NCBI RefSeq assembly: GCF_000281045.1
Contig: NW_008246219.1
Location: 1-64,000, forward strand
From: Saprolegnia diclina VS20
Lineage: Eukaryota
Direction: 5' to 3'
DNA: 64,000 bases
Position 1 is the first letter of the stretch. Each line of letters starts with the position of its first letter. The position numbers and the translations under genes are program-made. Below, piece by piece: positions 47,122 through 59,100 of the stretch. The notes beneath the pieces were generated by a model. That model was not told the DNA's origin. It saw nothing but the letters and a program-made list of their open reading frames with translations, and searched no databases.

Positions 47122-48419
47122 GTCAGATACAATCCAAAGGCAAAGTGAGCTTGTCGATGGCGACAACGCGAGGCGACAGTGATGTAAAATCGACCAATCG
47201 CATGGCAGCGATTTCGTCGTCGTACGAGCATTTGCATGCATACACTTGCAAGCAAACAAACGGCCTATCCCGTGCAAGCGATCTATTCAAATGCTCAACT
47301 TCAACAAGAATCGCAGCCAATCACAATCGGCGTTGCCCGTTCTAGAAGCTCCATTAGCCGAGCGCAAGCCTGCATTGGGAGGGCTCGCAGCAATGCAGCA
47401 TCGGAAACAAGCAGATTCCTCTCGACCAAACTATGCCTTGTCGAGTGTAGCTGTTTGTCGACTCCGGTCCAGGAATGCGTGGGGCAGTCGGAGAGACTGG
47501 TCGAAACGATATCTTGCGCATCCCCGCCTGGCTATGCTTGCCACGGTGGAAGGTCCATCTTTAGATGCGGAGGTTTCGAGAAGGTGCTCCCTTGCACGGT
47601 TTTTCCTGCTGAAAAGTCGAATAGAAAACAAGGTTTTATGAAGGGCATGATCCATGCTAATAGCATTCAGTGTCGTCTGGCGTGAACCAGTATCGAGGCT
47701 CAGAATGCGACCCGATCTTAATACTGCGTTTTGATTGGTCCGGCCGCAACGTCGTGATCAGTCCGGGTGCCACGTGGCATCTTATGACATGGATCTTCAA
47801 GCCATGACGCGGTGGTACACCATGGCATTGCCTCCGGCTGGCATAGCTCGTCAGTCGCGCGACTTCAAGGAAATGTGGATACGGGTCGTCAAGCTAGACA
47901 CCAAGCAGCTGCCTCATCGAGAAACAATTCGTAGGAGCAGCCTGGATGATTCGTGCATTTTTGAAAAATATAGATGTGTCTCCCGCGGCTGACTTTACGT
48001 GAAGGCCCCAATGTGATCTGATCGAGCTTGCCCAGCGTCTAGTTTCTGAGCTGCGCTTCTCGAGTCGACCTCGTGCTTGAACATGAAAGCTGACGCGATA
48101 TTTCTTCTTCCGATGAAAGACGTTGTCGAGAGGCTCCAGCCCATACCAAAATGCACAGGGAGGTCTACCCAAGAAGCGCTCTATCTAGTGTAACTGGAAA
48201 TACAATCGTTGGAACGTGGGCCCTGCGCTGGCGAGCGCGTCAAGCAGCTAAAACATGCTTGATAGCTCCTTAGTAGTCCTTTCCAACCTCTCGCCCTGCA
48301 CATCTACACTCTTGTACAACTTCAGCGCTAACGCAAGGAATCGCCGATGACCAGAGATATAATTTAGTTGGTACTGGTACAGAAAATGGTACATAACACA
48401 AAAGCAAAACTACAAACCA

Positions 48420-49265
48420 TCACGCGCTGTCGATCAGAAATTTCTTGGCGGCTTCGTACGTCGTAAACATGACGGCCGAGTACGGCACGATGCGCACCAT
48501 GTTGGGCAACGTGCCTCGGAAGAGCGCCATCGCCCCTTCCTCCGCGACCACCTTGCGGAAGCAGTCGAGCATCCCGTTGTAGCGCTTCTGGCCGAGCTCC
48601 TGGGCCTGGAGCCGCTTCTTGACGCTGTCGAACGGGTACGAGATGGTTTGCGCCACCGCGCCCGAGAGACTCCCGATGCCGAGGTAGTCGGTCGTGTGCA
48701 GCGTGTCGCGCGACGCGTGCAAGTAGCTCTTGCAGTACTCGTAGCACGCAAACTGGACGCCCTCGAACGGAATCGAACCCACGAGCCCCGACAAGCCGCC
48801 GCGGTACAGACCGCGAAGCCCCTCGACAGCGTGGATTTGCTTGAGCACACTAGCAATGCGGTGCGGACCGTCGTTCGCGCGTTGGACGATGATGCGCGTG
48901 CGGACGACCTCCATCGGGTACACACTCACGGTCGCAATCATGCCGGCGATCGCGCCAAAGGTCGCGCGGTGCAGATTGCTCGGGCGATGGCCCGTCTCGC
49001 TGAACGACGACTGGAGCGAGTCAAAGATGTAAAACTTGACGCCCGAGTACGGCCCGAGGCGGCAACAGCCGGCGAGGTTGCCCTTCCAGAAGCCACGGAC
49101 GCCCTCGGTCGTATAGAGGCGCTCAATGACGTGGCGAAGCGACGCGCCTTGGACTTGAAAGATGATCTTGAGCACATCCAAGGGCGACGTTGCCGAGCGC
49201 GTGACGCAGCCCGCAAAGGCACCGGCCATGATCGACTCGAGGCCACTCGACGCGTTGGCGGCCAT
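48420..49265 (-). CDS. Mitochondrial carrier (SLC25; resembles SLC25A43 and related nucleotide-carrier clades) copy 3, intronless
   Basis: Three PX[DE]XX[KR] motifs: PLDVLK, PMEVVRTR, PFDSVKKR; FWKGNLAGCCRL. Confidence 0.92.
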   Translation of the reverse strand: MAANASSGLESIMAGAFAGCVTRSATSPLDVLKIIFQVQGASLRHVIERLYTTEGVRGFWKGNLAGCCRLGPYSGVKFYIFDSLQSSFSETGHRPSNLHRATFGAIAGMIATVSVYPMEVVRTRIIVQRANDGPHRIASVLKQIHAVEGLRGLYRGGLSGLVGSIPFEGVQFACYEYCKSYLHASRDTLHTTDYLGIGSLSGAVAQTISYPFDSVKKRLQAQELGQKRYNGMLDCFRKVVAEEGAMALFRGTLPNMVRIVPYSAVMFTTYEAAKKFLIDSA

Positions 49266-49732
49266 GCGATCCGGACAAGGCAAAGGGCAAACTGAGCCAT
49301 GGGCGCTGCGGCCACGAGCTGCCAGATGGTTTTGAGTAGCCAATCAGCGACGCGTAATTTAAACGCCGTATCGGTTTCGTGCGTCATGGAGCTCCTTCGG
49401 AGCTTGACCGGTCGAGCGCAGATGGCGCCAGCGGCACAGCGTTCGAAGCGATCGGTCGGCAGCTGCGCGTCACGACCCCCGACGCCGCAACAGAAATGCA
49501 CTCGATCTGGTCACGGTTGGATCCTACCGTACTGCTCGTTCTCTCGCGGCCTGCTCGAGCAACTACTGTATCCATCCCACGCGCACTGCACGCGGCAACT
49601 CGGCTATTTGTTGAGCTTACGAGCTGCCGAGATTCACCTAAAGCGGCAGAGTAATGATCGGCAGCGCTACCACGTTTAGCACAGGAGCGGGTGGACGAGT
49701 TTTCATTGCTGAAGCCGAAAGGGTTATCAGTG

Positions 49733-49764
49733 TACTAGCGTACTAGTATACTAGCGTACTAGTA
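49733..49764. repeat. 16-nt tandem duplication containing ACTAGT palindromes
   Basis: (tactagcgtactagta)x2. Confidence 0.7.
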
Positions 49765-50244
49765 CTGCGACGGCTGCTAGTACATTCGTCGAGTGGGTGC
49801 GCACAGATCGTCCGACGTCGACGGATCTATGTACTGCTCGATCAGGATTCTTCTTCTCGCGACAGCACCAGATGGTGTCGCAACTGCAACGTGCATGGCA
49901 TAGATACCGCTTGCCGCTTTAATCTGCGGTCTACGAGTCGACTTCGGAACCTTGCATCGTCTTTGGATGACGCGAGTTAAAACCACTGGTCGTGCTGCAC
50001 GGGACGGTGCCGACTGCCTAGCTAGAAAGAACGAGTGCAGATGCCCCCAGTGGTCACGTTTTCATAGTGCTACAACGACGGCGCATCGCGCAATCTTCTT
50101 CCGTTCTCAAAGCGCTTGCGGGCAGGAGACCCTTGCAGGCGAACGACGTCTGAACGTTGTCGAGAAGGCAATGCTGAACGAGCGGCTGCGTGAGCTTGTC
50201 CATCAGGCAGAACAGTGACACAGACAATGAGAATGCAATAAATT

Positions 50245-50305
50245 TAGAGGGATATAGTAGTTGAGCCGACTCTATAGAGGGATATAGTAGCTTAAGCCGA
50301 CTCTA
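50245..50305. repeat. ~30-nt imperfect tandem duplication abutting the stop codon of carrier copy 4
   Basis: tagagggatatagtagttgagccgactcta / tagagggatatagtagcttaagccgactcta. Confidence 0.8.
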
Positions 50306-51214
50306 GAGCGTGGACACTGGGTGATGGCGGCCATGCTCCGTGGTCAAGTACGCCTTGGCCGCTTCGTACGAAGCAAACATGATGGCGGCGTACGGTCCAA
50401 TGCGCAGGAGGTTGGGTAGCGACCCGCGGTAGAGCGCTCCGACGCCTTCGTCGGCCACGATCCGGCGCGCGCAGTCGACAAGCCCTGCGTATTGCCGCGA
50501 CGGGCCCAGGTCTTGAGCTTGCAGCCGCTTCTTGATTGTATCAAACGGATACGCGGCAAGCTGTGCAACGATGCCTGAGAGACTCCCCGTGACCAGGATA
50601 TCGATATGGCTCAGCTCGGCCTTGGTCGGCGTCCAGCGCCACGCCGGCCAGTGGTGGGCCGTAGCGTACCCTTTGCCAAACTCGTAGCAAGCAAACTGGA
50701 GGCCTTCAAATGGAATCGCCCCGACGACGCCCGTGAGGCCACCCCGATACAAACCACGGAGGCCCTCGCGGGCGTAGAGCTCATAGAGGCTGCTGCCAAT
50801 GCTTCGCGTCGGCGCCAAAATGATGAGCCGCGTGCGGACGACCTCCATCGGGTATACGGCCATGGTAGCCAGCATGCCCGCGATGGCACCGTCGACCGCA
50901 CCGCTCCGAGAATGCTGCGAGTCGTGCAGTGCGTCGTAGACGCAGAATTTGATGCCGCAGTACGGGCCAAGGCGAAGACAGCCGGCGAGGTTGCCCCGCC
51001 AGAGCCCCGCAACGCCAGCTGTCGCGTAAATGTCCAGGCACGTGGTACGCAGCGTGGCTACGGCATGGCGCCAGGACGGACGCGCTCGTGTCGTCGAAGT
51101 CGCTTGGAGCCGAATCTTGAGCACGTCCATGGGCGACGTGCAGGAGCGGGTGACGCAGCCGGCAAAGACGCCAGCGGCCACCGACTGGCCGCCCGAGAGC
51201 TTGGTACTTGGCAT
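50303..51214 (-). CDS. Mitochondrial carrier (SLC25) copy 4, more divergent, intronless
   Basis: PMDVLK, PMEVVRTR, PFDTIKKR; colinear with copy 3. Confidence 0.92.
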   Translation of the reverse strand: MPSTKLSGGQSVAAGVFAGCVTRSCTSPMDVLKIRLQATSTTRARPSWRHAVATLRTTCLDIYATAGVAGLWRGNLAGCLRLGPYCGIKFCVYDALHDSQHSRSGAVDGAIAGMLATMAVYPMEVVRTRLIILAPTRSIGSSLYELYAREGLRGLYRGGLTGVVGAIPFEGLQFACYEFGKGYATAHHWPAWRWTPTKAELSHIDILVTGSLSGIVAQLAAYPFDTIKKRLQAQDLGPSRQYAGLVDCARRIVADEGVGALYRGSLPNLLRIGPYAAIMFASYEAAKAYLTTEHGRHHPVSTL

Positions 51215-51609
51215 TTTGAGGGCACTTGCGCAGTGGCCGCCGAGCTGTTTCTAAATCTTCGATATACTGGTCGCGTCTCTATGCAAAATGACGGTGCAGC
51301 AGCATGGCTATGCGACGGTGGCATACACAGGTGGATGGAGGCAGCGACGGGATGTACACGCGCACGATTTCTGCAACGAGCACGGCGAATCGCTGCCGTT
51401 GGTGTCGTTGTGACGCGGCGGCGTGTCCTTTCCCGTCCAAACGTAACCCCAACCCTCGCCGACCAGTCCGAGATGCGGACGTGTTGACGTTCAGGCAGCA
51501 GGTATCGTCCCGCCGACGTCGTCCTGCATGTCACCGCCCGTCATTATTTGCCATAAATGTAGTTGGGCCATGCAATCATGCCACCATGTTGATGATGGAG
51601 CGAGACTCT

Positions 51610-52591
51610 CTACGCGCCGTACTTGGGCGCAAAGCCGAGACGAAATGCAATTTCCTTGAGCGCCGCGTGGGCCTGCAAGATGCCGTAGCCGCCATGCGCG
51701 AGCATCGTCGACGGCTCAAAGCGCTCGAGCGTGTCGGGGCGGACTTGGTCGTGGGCGTAGAAGCAATACACGAGCGCACGCTGGCTACAGATACAAGATG
51801 CGCAAACTGAAACAGCAAAAGGATAGTGTCTACCTCTCGAGAGCGTCGGTGCGGTACGTGTTGTGCACCTTGGCCCAGCTCTGCTTGGGCAGCGGGAAGA
51901 GCGTGCGGGCTTCCAACCTCCGGTCCGACGGCAAGGTCAGCGTCGGCGTTTCCTGAAGCACACCAAAGAACGTCGTTGGCTGCTCCTGCACGAGCGCTAG
52001 CAACGTTGCATCCAGCGCCGCTACAGCAGACACGTCACCGGCCTGGCATCGCAGAGGTGTGGCGTACGGGTGTAGTCGGCACGGTCCATGTACACCAGCG
52101 TGAGGTTCCGCGTGGGCTCGCTCGCCGCGGCGCGCGTGCGGGCGGGCAGGTCGTCCAAGGCCACGTGCTCGCACAGCGCGCCGTCATGCACCTCGGGCGA
52201 GATGCTCGCCTTGGTTGTCAAGAGCACATGGGGCACATGGTACTGCTTCCTACAGGACGACGATGCTAGTAGGCACGCCCGTGTCAGGAAAATACGCACA
52301 GAGAGGGGCTCGCGCCGGCGTCGGCAAGACCAAGGAAGCTACGAAGCGCGGCGTCCTCGACCACGGCCTCGCTGTCCGCGTCGTCGTCTACGCAGTGGCT
52401 ATCAAGTCGACGTGGCCATGGGCAGGGCTACCGGACGACGCTGCGACGCCCGCACTGCAGCCATGGCGCGCCACATGGTCGAGGAACGCGGTCGACTTGG
52501 TCGCATGCTCGGCGCCATCGTCGGCGAGGAAGAGCACGATGGCCCGGCGGGCGACGAGCGACGGCAGTGGCGCAGCCTCGTCGGTGCACAT
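51610..52591 (-). CDS. Conserved hypothetical protein, multi-exon
   Basis: Spliced ORF from MCTDEAAP ending LKEIAFRLGFAPKYGA*. This terminus recalls an uncharacterised eukaryotic family ending in APKYGA (from memory, unverified). Confidence 0.65.
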
Positions 52592-52711
52592 GGCAATATT
52601 TTGGAATTTGATCCAATCAAATGGTATCGGGTGCATGGTATTTTGACCAATCACAGGTCGCATGCGGCCTAACCGTGTCAACCAAGATCGTCACGTCGTG
52701 TTGTCGTTCGT

Positions 52712-52961
52712 NNNNNNNNNNNNNNNNNNNNNNNNNNNNNNNNNNNNNNNNNNNNNNNNNNNNNNNNNNNNNNNNNNNNNNNNNNNNNNNNNNNNNNNNN
52801 NNNNNNNNNNNNNNNNNNNNNNNNNNNNNNNNNNNNNNNNNNNNNNNNNNNNNNNNNNNNNNNNNNNNNNNNNNNNNNNNNNNNNNNNNNNNNNNNNNNN
52901 NNNNNNNNNNNNNNNNNNNNNNNNNNNNNNNNNNNNNNNNNNNNNNNNNNNNNNNNNNNNN
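52712..52961. other. Assembly gap (250 N)
   Basis: Run of N in intergenic DNA. Confidence 0.99.
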
Positions 52962-52983
52962 AGGCTGCTCACTACGACCGAGC

Positions 52984-55283
52984 TCACAACTTGAGCGATG
53001 GCAGCAGCTCCTTGTCGACGACGCCCTTGATGAGCGTGCTGCCGTTGATGATTTTGGTCGTGGCAATGATTATGTCATACGGACCTAAGCCAGGTTCAGC
53101 GCCGACCACCCATTATGTCGACCACGTACATTCCGGCTGCTTGGACAAATGGCGGAGTGCGGCGATCTCCATGAACGTGACGCCACCGATGAAGTAGACC
53201 ACCATGACCTTGCGGTCTTCGTCGCCAAGCCCTTCCTTCTTGGGCGGCGCATCTATGTATCCGCCATCATATCAATGTATCAACAACCAAGTCGATACCG
53301 GAGTCGGCGTCGCCCGACTTGGGCGGGAGCTGGCTGATCTCGTCACTCGGGCCTGGAAGCTGCTTGAGCGTGTCGGCGATCGTACGCCAGCCGGTCGTGT
53401 GCGCCATCTTGTTGGTCGCGGCAATCTCGACGAGGCGCACGCTCAATGGCGCATAGCCTTTGGTCACATACCTACAGCGTACGAATGCATCAATCTATCA
53501 ATGTATCGAGGCGAAGGAATAGATACGCAATGTCCTTTGGGTTCATAACGTTGACGTTGTCGTTGATGAGACGCAGCGACTTGCGCACGGTGAGAAACGC
53601 TGAGGAGCTCGCGACTGGGAAGAGACTGTCTTGGCGGCGGAGGAGGCCAATCTTCTCGAGGTTTGTGAGCACCGGCAGCATTTCAAAGCCATAAGTCTGG
53701 ATGATTTCACGCCGAAGGTGGTCGTACGCCTTGGCTTTGATACCGCCGCTCGTCAGCGACTGCAAGCAGAGCAGCCGAAGCACCTGCATCAACATATCAA
53801 CTATGATGCAACTGCGTTTTGATGTGTTTTCGAGGTGTACCTTGAGGAGCGGTTCTTGGACGCCAATAAACTCTTCCAGCTCGTCAATGAGCACTTGGCC
53901 TTCGAGCATCGACCGCTCCGTAAACCACATGTCGTTGAAGCTCTTCGAGTCGGTGGTCTTCTTGAGCAACTAGGATATCGCCGTGTATAACCCTACCCCT
54001 TCCACATCGAAGAGTACCTGCGCGAGGTTGGTGTGCTGGTTGAGGAGCTTGTACTGCTGCTGGAGGCCCGGAATGCGCTTGACAAAGTCCCGAATCTCCG
54101 AGATCGACGCATTTTTCTTGCGAAACTCTTCGTGGCTAATCACACTCGTGTGCAGAGAAGCAGAGGAAGATGGGTCGCGCACCGGTCGCGAATGTCCTTG
54201 GCCAAATGCTGGAGGTGCATGCCGAGACGCTCGGTGTGGAAATCGCGGATCTCTGCATATAAATCGTCGCTCGAGTTGAGAGGCACGGTGGCCATGGCCG
54301 GGCGCGGCGGCGGCGGCGGCGCGTTCGCCTTGGGCTTCTCCGGCGGGTCTTCGACGAGCTCGGACGCGACGCGGATCGAGCCATGGGAGATGCCAATGAT
54401 CTCGTCCAGGAGACCTTCGTACGTGAACGGCGTGCAGAGCGGCGTGACAAGGTCGACCGTGCGGTCGAGCACGATGAGCGTGTCGATCTCCGCTTCGGCC
54501 GACCCGAGCGCAATCCCATCCGACTTTTGCTTCTTCTGCATGTGCGCGGCCATCTCGACCGCGACCTTGGCCATCGCGCCCTTGTACTTGATCTACAAGC
54601 GAAGGAAGCGCCCAGGGTTGAGTCGCGTTGATACCTGCGGGATCAAGCCAAAGAGGATCTGGAACTTGTTGATCGACGTTGCAATCGTCTGGAGACACGA
54701 CTTGTCGTTGTCGACAAAGAGGTCGCGAAAGCCGTCGGGCAGCTCGAGCGTCAAGACGTCTTCTTCGTACGGGACGAGGTCCATGGGAAACTCGCCAAAG
54801 ACGATCGAGCCGTGCACGCCGGCCTTCTTGAGCAGCTCGTCGCAGGCCAGCGTGCGCTTGGGCGTGCACAGCATGTGGAAGCGCACCTTCTTCGGGTCCA
54901 AGCCTACGACGCATGCATGCGGCGACGCAGCTATGGAGAGCAGAAGTCGTACTCTTGACGATGGCCGCAATGCCGTTGGCCGCCGCCGCCGTCGGGCGCA
55001 CGATGAAGACCATGACATCGTAGCCCGACCCAGGGTTCTCAGCGATCTCAGCCGAAAGCTCGCGGAACTGGACCACGTCGTAGTCCTTGAGGATGCTCGC
55101 GCCTTCGACCAGCACGTGCTGGAAAAGCCCGCTGAGCTCCGGGTCCAGCACGAGCGCGATGCTCGTTTGCCGGTCCTTGATGTGGCACTTGGTCAGCATC
55201 TCGAAGAGCAGTCGGCGCGTGTCCTCGCGGAAGACGCCAATGTTGACCGCGCTGTTCTCGAGCGACGCGACGCGGGCTGCCAT
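52984..55283 (-). CDS. VPS33: Vacuolar protein sorting 33 (Sec1/Munc18 family), multi-exon
   Basis: LIVLDRTVDLVTPLCTPFTYEGLLDE, LYAEIRD, HTNLA, VLRLLCLQS, IIQTYGFE, GYAPLSVRLVE, VYFIGGVTFMEIAALR, IATTKIING. Confidence 0.92.
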
Positions 55284-55400
55284 GCTGTTCCTCCGCAGTC
55301 ACTAGATGAGGTGCAAAGTTATAACCATGTGTTAGATTCCACTGCTATTGTCGGCATGTGCCGAATATACGTTTCCGTAATGTTGCGGCACCTGCCGCCT

Positions 55401-55460
55401 ATTGTATCCGGATCGAAACCTTCCGGATACAATGCTACCCGGATAACCTCGTCCGGATAG
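55401..55460. promoter_or_regulatory. 12-bp perfect inverted repeat and cluster of four CCGGATA motifs upstream of VPS33
   Basis: attgtatccgga-9nt-tccggatacaat (55401-55433), then cccggataa and tccggatag. Regulatory role inferred. Confidence 0.55.
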
Positions 55461-56178
55461 ACAGCAGCTGGATGCCCGATCACCACCGTTCCACTGGATC
55501 TTGCAACTTGGAATCGGGCTATGATAACACCAGCTTGGCCAGCAATTCGTGAGGACAACGACCTGCTCCACAGTCATCCTGGACTTACTAACGTCTTCGA
55601 GCGTGTGCGATACGTAAATTTTGGTGGCAACGCTGGATCATGCATGACCCATGCTCGATGCACCGATTTGCGTTCGGTTGAAGTCGAGGCGAGATTCATA
55701 TCTCGTCACCTTACCAAGCTGACTACACTGGGAGCTTAACCAAGTACTTATATGTGCCCCAAAGCTCTTCCCATGTGATCCCACGTCAGTGCGTCCACCG
55801 ACCACTCGCAGCAACGTCGTCGGCTCCGCCTGCGCTGTCGTCGAGGTCCATCAACCGTGCGACGACCACGAGCAGCTGCATGCGTTAGCCGAAACCCCTC
55901 GACGGATCACGGCCAAGGATCTGCGCGTGATCATTAGAATTCGACGAGCGGTCGAGACAAGCCATGTCCTAGCCCTTTCTCTATATATCTTGCATGGTCT
56001 ATTCATATCGTGGTCTTCTTGAGGCCCGATTTTTTCGCGAGATCGGTCGCGTTTGGCTGATGGCCAGCGTTTTGGCGGTAATCGAAGCTCTACAAGATCG
56101 GAGGTAGCCAATCAGAGGCGTTGACGGCTCCTCGCCCAATGGCCTGGACGTCCGTTCAGTTGCAAAGTTGCCAGCACG

Positions 56179-59100
56179 ATGCCAGCCGACGTCACCGACG
56201 TGGCCGAGGCCGCGCCCACCGAGTACATCGCCGTAGCGACGCCCAAGGCCGGGGCGCCGGCCATCGAGCCCGAGACGCCGGTCAACGAGAAGGGCCAGAT
56301 GGTCCCGCTCACCAAGCTCTTTAGCTATGCCGAGCGGACCGACGTGCTTCTCATGGTCGGCGGAACGCTCTGCGCGATGGGCACGGGCGTCTCGCAGCCG
56401 CTCCAGATCATCTTCTTTGGCGACATCCTCTCGGCGTTCAACCCGGGCTCGACCACCAACACGAACGTCAGCAGCGACGTGAGCGACGGCATCAACAGCA
56501 TTGCGCTCAAGTTTGTGTACCTCGGTATTGGCGTCATCGCCTGCGGCTTTGGCCAAGTCGCTTGCTGGTCGATTGCGGCGTCGCGCCAAGGCAAGCGGCT
56601 CAAGTTCGAGTACATTCGCGCGATCTTGCGCCAAGAAATTGGCTGGTTTGACGTCAACAAGCCGATGGAGCTCGCCACCAAGGTGGCCGACACGTCGCTC
56701 ATCATCCAAGACGGCATTGGGCGCAAGGTCGGCGACGGCATCAACTTCTTCTCGATGGGCATCAGCGGCATCATCATTGGTCTCGTCAAGGGCTGGAAGC
56801 TTGCGCTCGCGCTCTTGGCGTTTACGCCGTTCATTGCGCTCACAGCCTTTCTCATGGTCAAGACCTTGTCGAGTGCGATCCAGATGGGCATCTCGGCGTA
56901 TGCGTCGGCCGGCGGCATTGCCGAAGAGAGCTTGAGCAACATTCGGACCGTCCAAATGTTCAACTCGATGGACAAGTTTGTCGCCAAGTACGATGCATCG
57001 CTGCTCGCGACCGAGAAGGCGGGCATTCGCAAGGGCATTGCGATCGGGCTCGGTACGGGTGTCATGTTTGGCACCATCTTCTTCACGTACGGCTTTGGCA
57101 TGTGGTTTGGTGCTGTCCAAGTCGCCGACGACCAGCTCGGCAGCGTCAAGTGCACGTCCGACTGTTATGACGGCGGTCGCGTGCTCACAGTCTTCTTTTC
57201 GATTATCATGGGAGCAATGGCCCTCGGGCAGTCGGGCCCGTCGATCCAAGCCGTCTTCTCGGCCCGCACGGCAGCCCACGGCGTCTTTGCGATGATTGAG
57301 CGCGCTTCGCTCGTGGACCCGCTTGACGAAGGTGGCGCGACGTTGCCCCATGTCGAGGGCGAGATTCGCCTTGAGAACATTGAGTTTTACTACCCAGCGC
57401 GCCCCGAAGTCCGCGTCTGCTCGGGCTACACGCTGCAGATTGCGGCCGGTGAAAAGGTCGCGCTCGTTGGGCCGAGTGGGAGCGGCAAGAGCACGATCGT
57501 GTCGCTTCTCGAACGGTTTTACGACCCAACGCGCGGGACCGTCTTCCTTGACGGCGTCGACCTCAAGACGCTCAACGTCAAGTGGCTTCGGCAGCAAGTG
57601 GGGCTTGTCGGGCAAGAGCCGTCGCTGTTTTCCGTCTCGATCGCCGACAACATTCGCCACGGCAAGGACGGCGCGAGCATGGACGAGGTCATTGCCGCCG
57701 CCAAGCAAGCGAACGCGTACGACTTTATCATGGGCTTTCCAAAGGGCTTTGACACGGAGGTCGGCGACCGCGGCGCGCAGCTCTCGGGCGGCCAGGTATT
57801 TTTTGTTGCATTTTTTGCATTTTTGCATTTTTTGCATTTTTGTGGGTCTCGGTTGATAGATTGATATTGTGTAGAAGCAACGTATTGCGATTGCGCGCGC
57901 GATCATCAAGAACCCGGCGATTCTGCTCTTGGACGAAGCCACGTCGGCGCTCGACACGGAGAGCGAGCGCGTCGTGCAAGAGTCGCTCGATCTGCTCCTC
58001 GCGACGCGGAAGCGGACGACGATCATCATTGCGCACCGCCTCTCGACGATCCGGGACGCCGACCGCATTGTCGTGCTGGAGAAGGGCGTCGTCGTCGAGC
58101 AAGGGTCCCACACCGAGCTCATTGCGCGCTCAGACGGACACTACCGCAAGCTCGTCGAGGCGCAGTCCCGCGCCCACACCAAGCCCGATGCATCGACCGA
58201 CGACGATGTGGTCGAGATGGCGGCCGACACACCGGCTGCCAACGCGCGCAAGATGAGCTCGACCAAAGCGCTCATCGTGACACCGGTGGCATCGTCGCCG
58301 GACGCCAAAGACGAACCGCCCGCGCTGTACAAGGTGCCCATGTCGCGCGTCTGGAAGCTCAGCGCACGCGAGAGCGGGCACATCCTTCTCGGGTCGCTCG
58401 GTGCGGTGGTCAACGGCGCCATCTTTCCCGTTTGGGGCGTGCTCTTGACCAAAGTCACGGTGCTCTTCTTCGACTACTCGATCTCGGGCGACGAGATGCG
58501 GACGCGGGCGTCGCACTGGGCGCTTGGGTTTGTCGGGCTCGGTGTAGCGTTTTGCGTGTCTGTCGTTGTGCAAAACTACGGCTTTGCGGTCGTCGCTGAA
58601 CGCCTCACTCACCGACTGCGCTACATGGGGTTCAAAGCCATGCTCCACCAAGACGTCGGGTGGTTTGACCTCGAGACCAACTCGTCTGGGGCGCTCACGA
58701 CGCGGCTTGCGACCGACACGGCGATGATCATGGCCATGACGAGCGAGACGCTCAACCGCGGGCTTGTCAACGTCGCGACGCTCGGCGTGGCGTTTGGCAT
58801 TGGGTTTTACTACAGCTGGGAGATGACACTTGCGATGCTCGGCATCTTTCCGATCCTGGGCGCTGCGTCGTACGTCCAAATGCAAATGATGTCGGGCCAC
58901 GGCAAGAAGCTCAACGAAGGCGACACGAAGGCCGGGTCGCTCCTCGCCGAGTCGATCAACTCGGTGCGCACGGTGGCGTCGTTTACGATGGAGTCGAACG
59001 TGCACACGACGTACCTCGGGCACCTCGCGACGTCGGCGGCCGCGGACGTGAAGGCGGGTCTTGGCGGCGGCATTGGCTTTGGTGTCTCGCAAGGCGTCAT

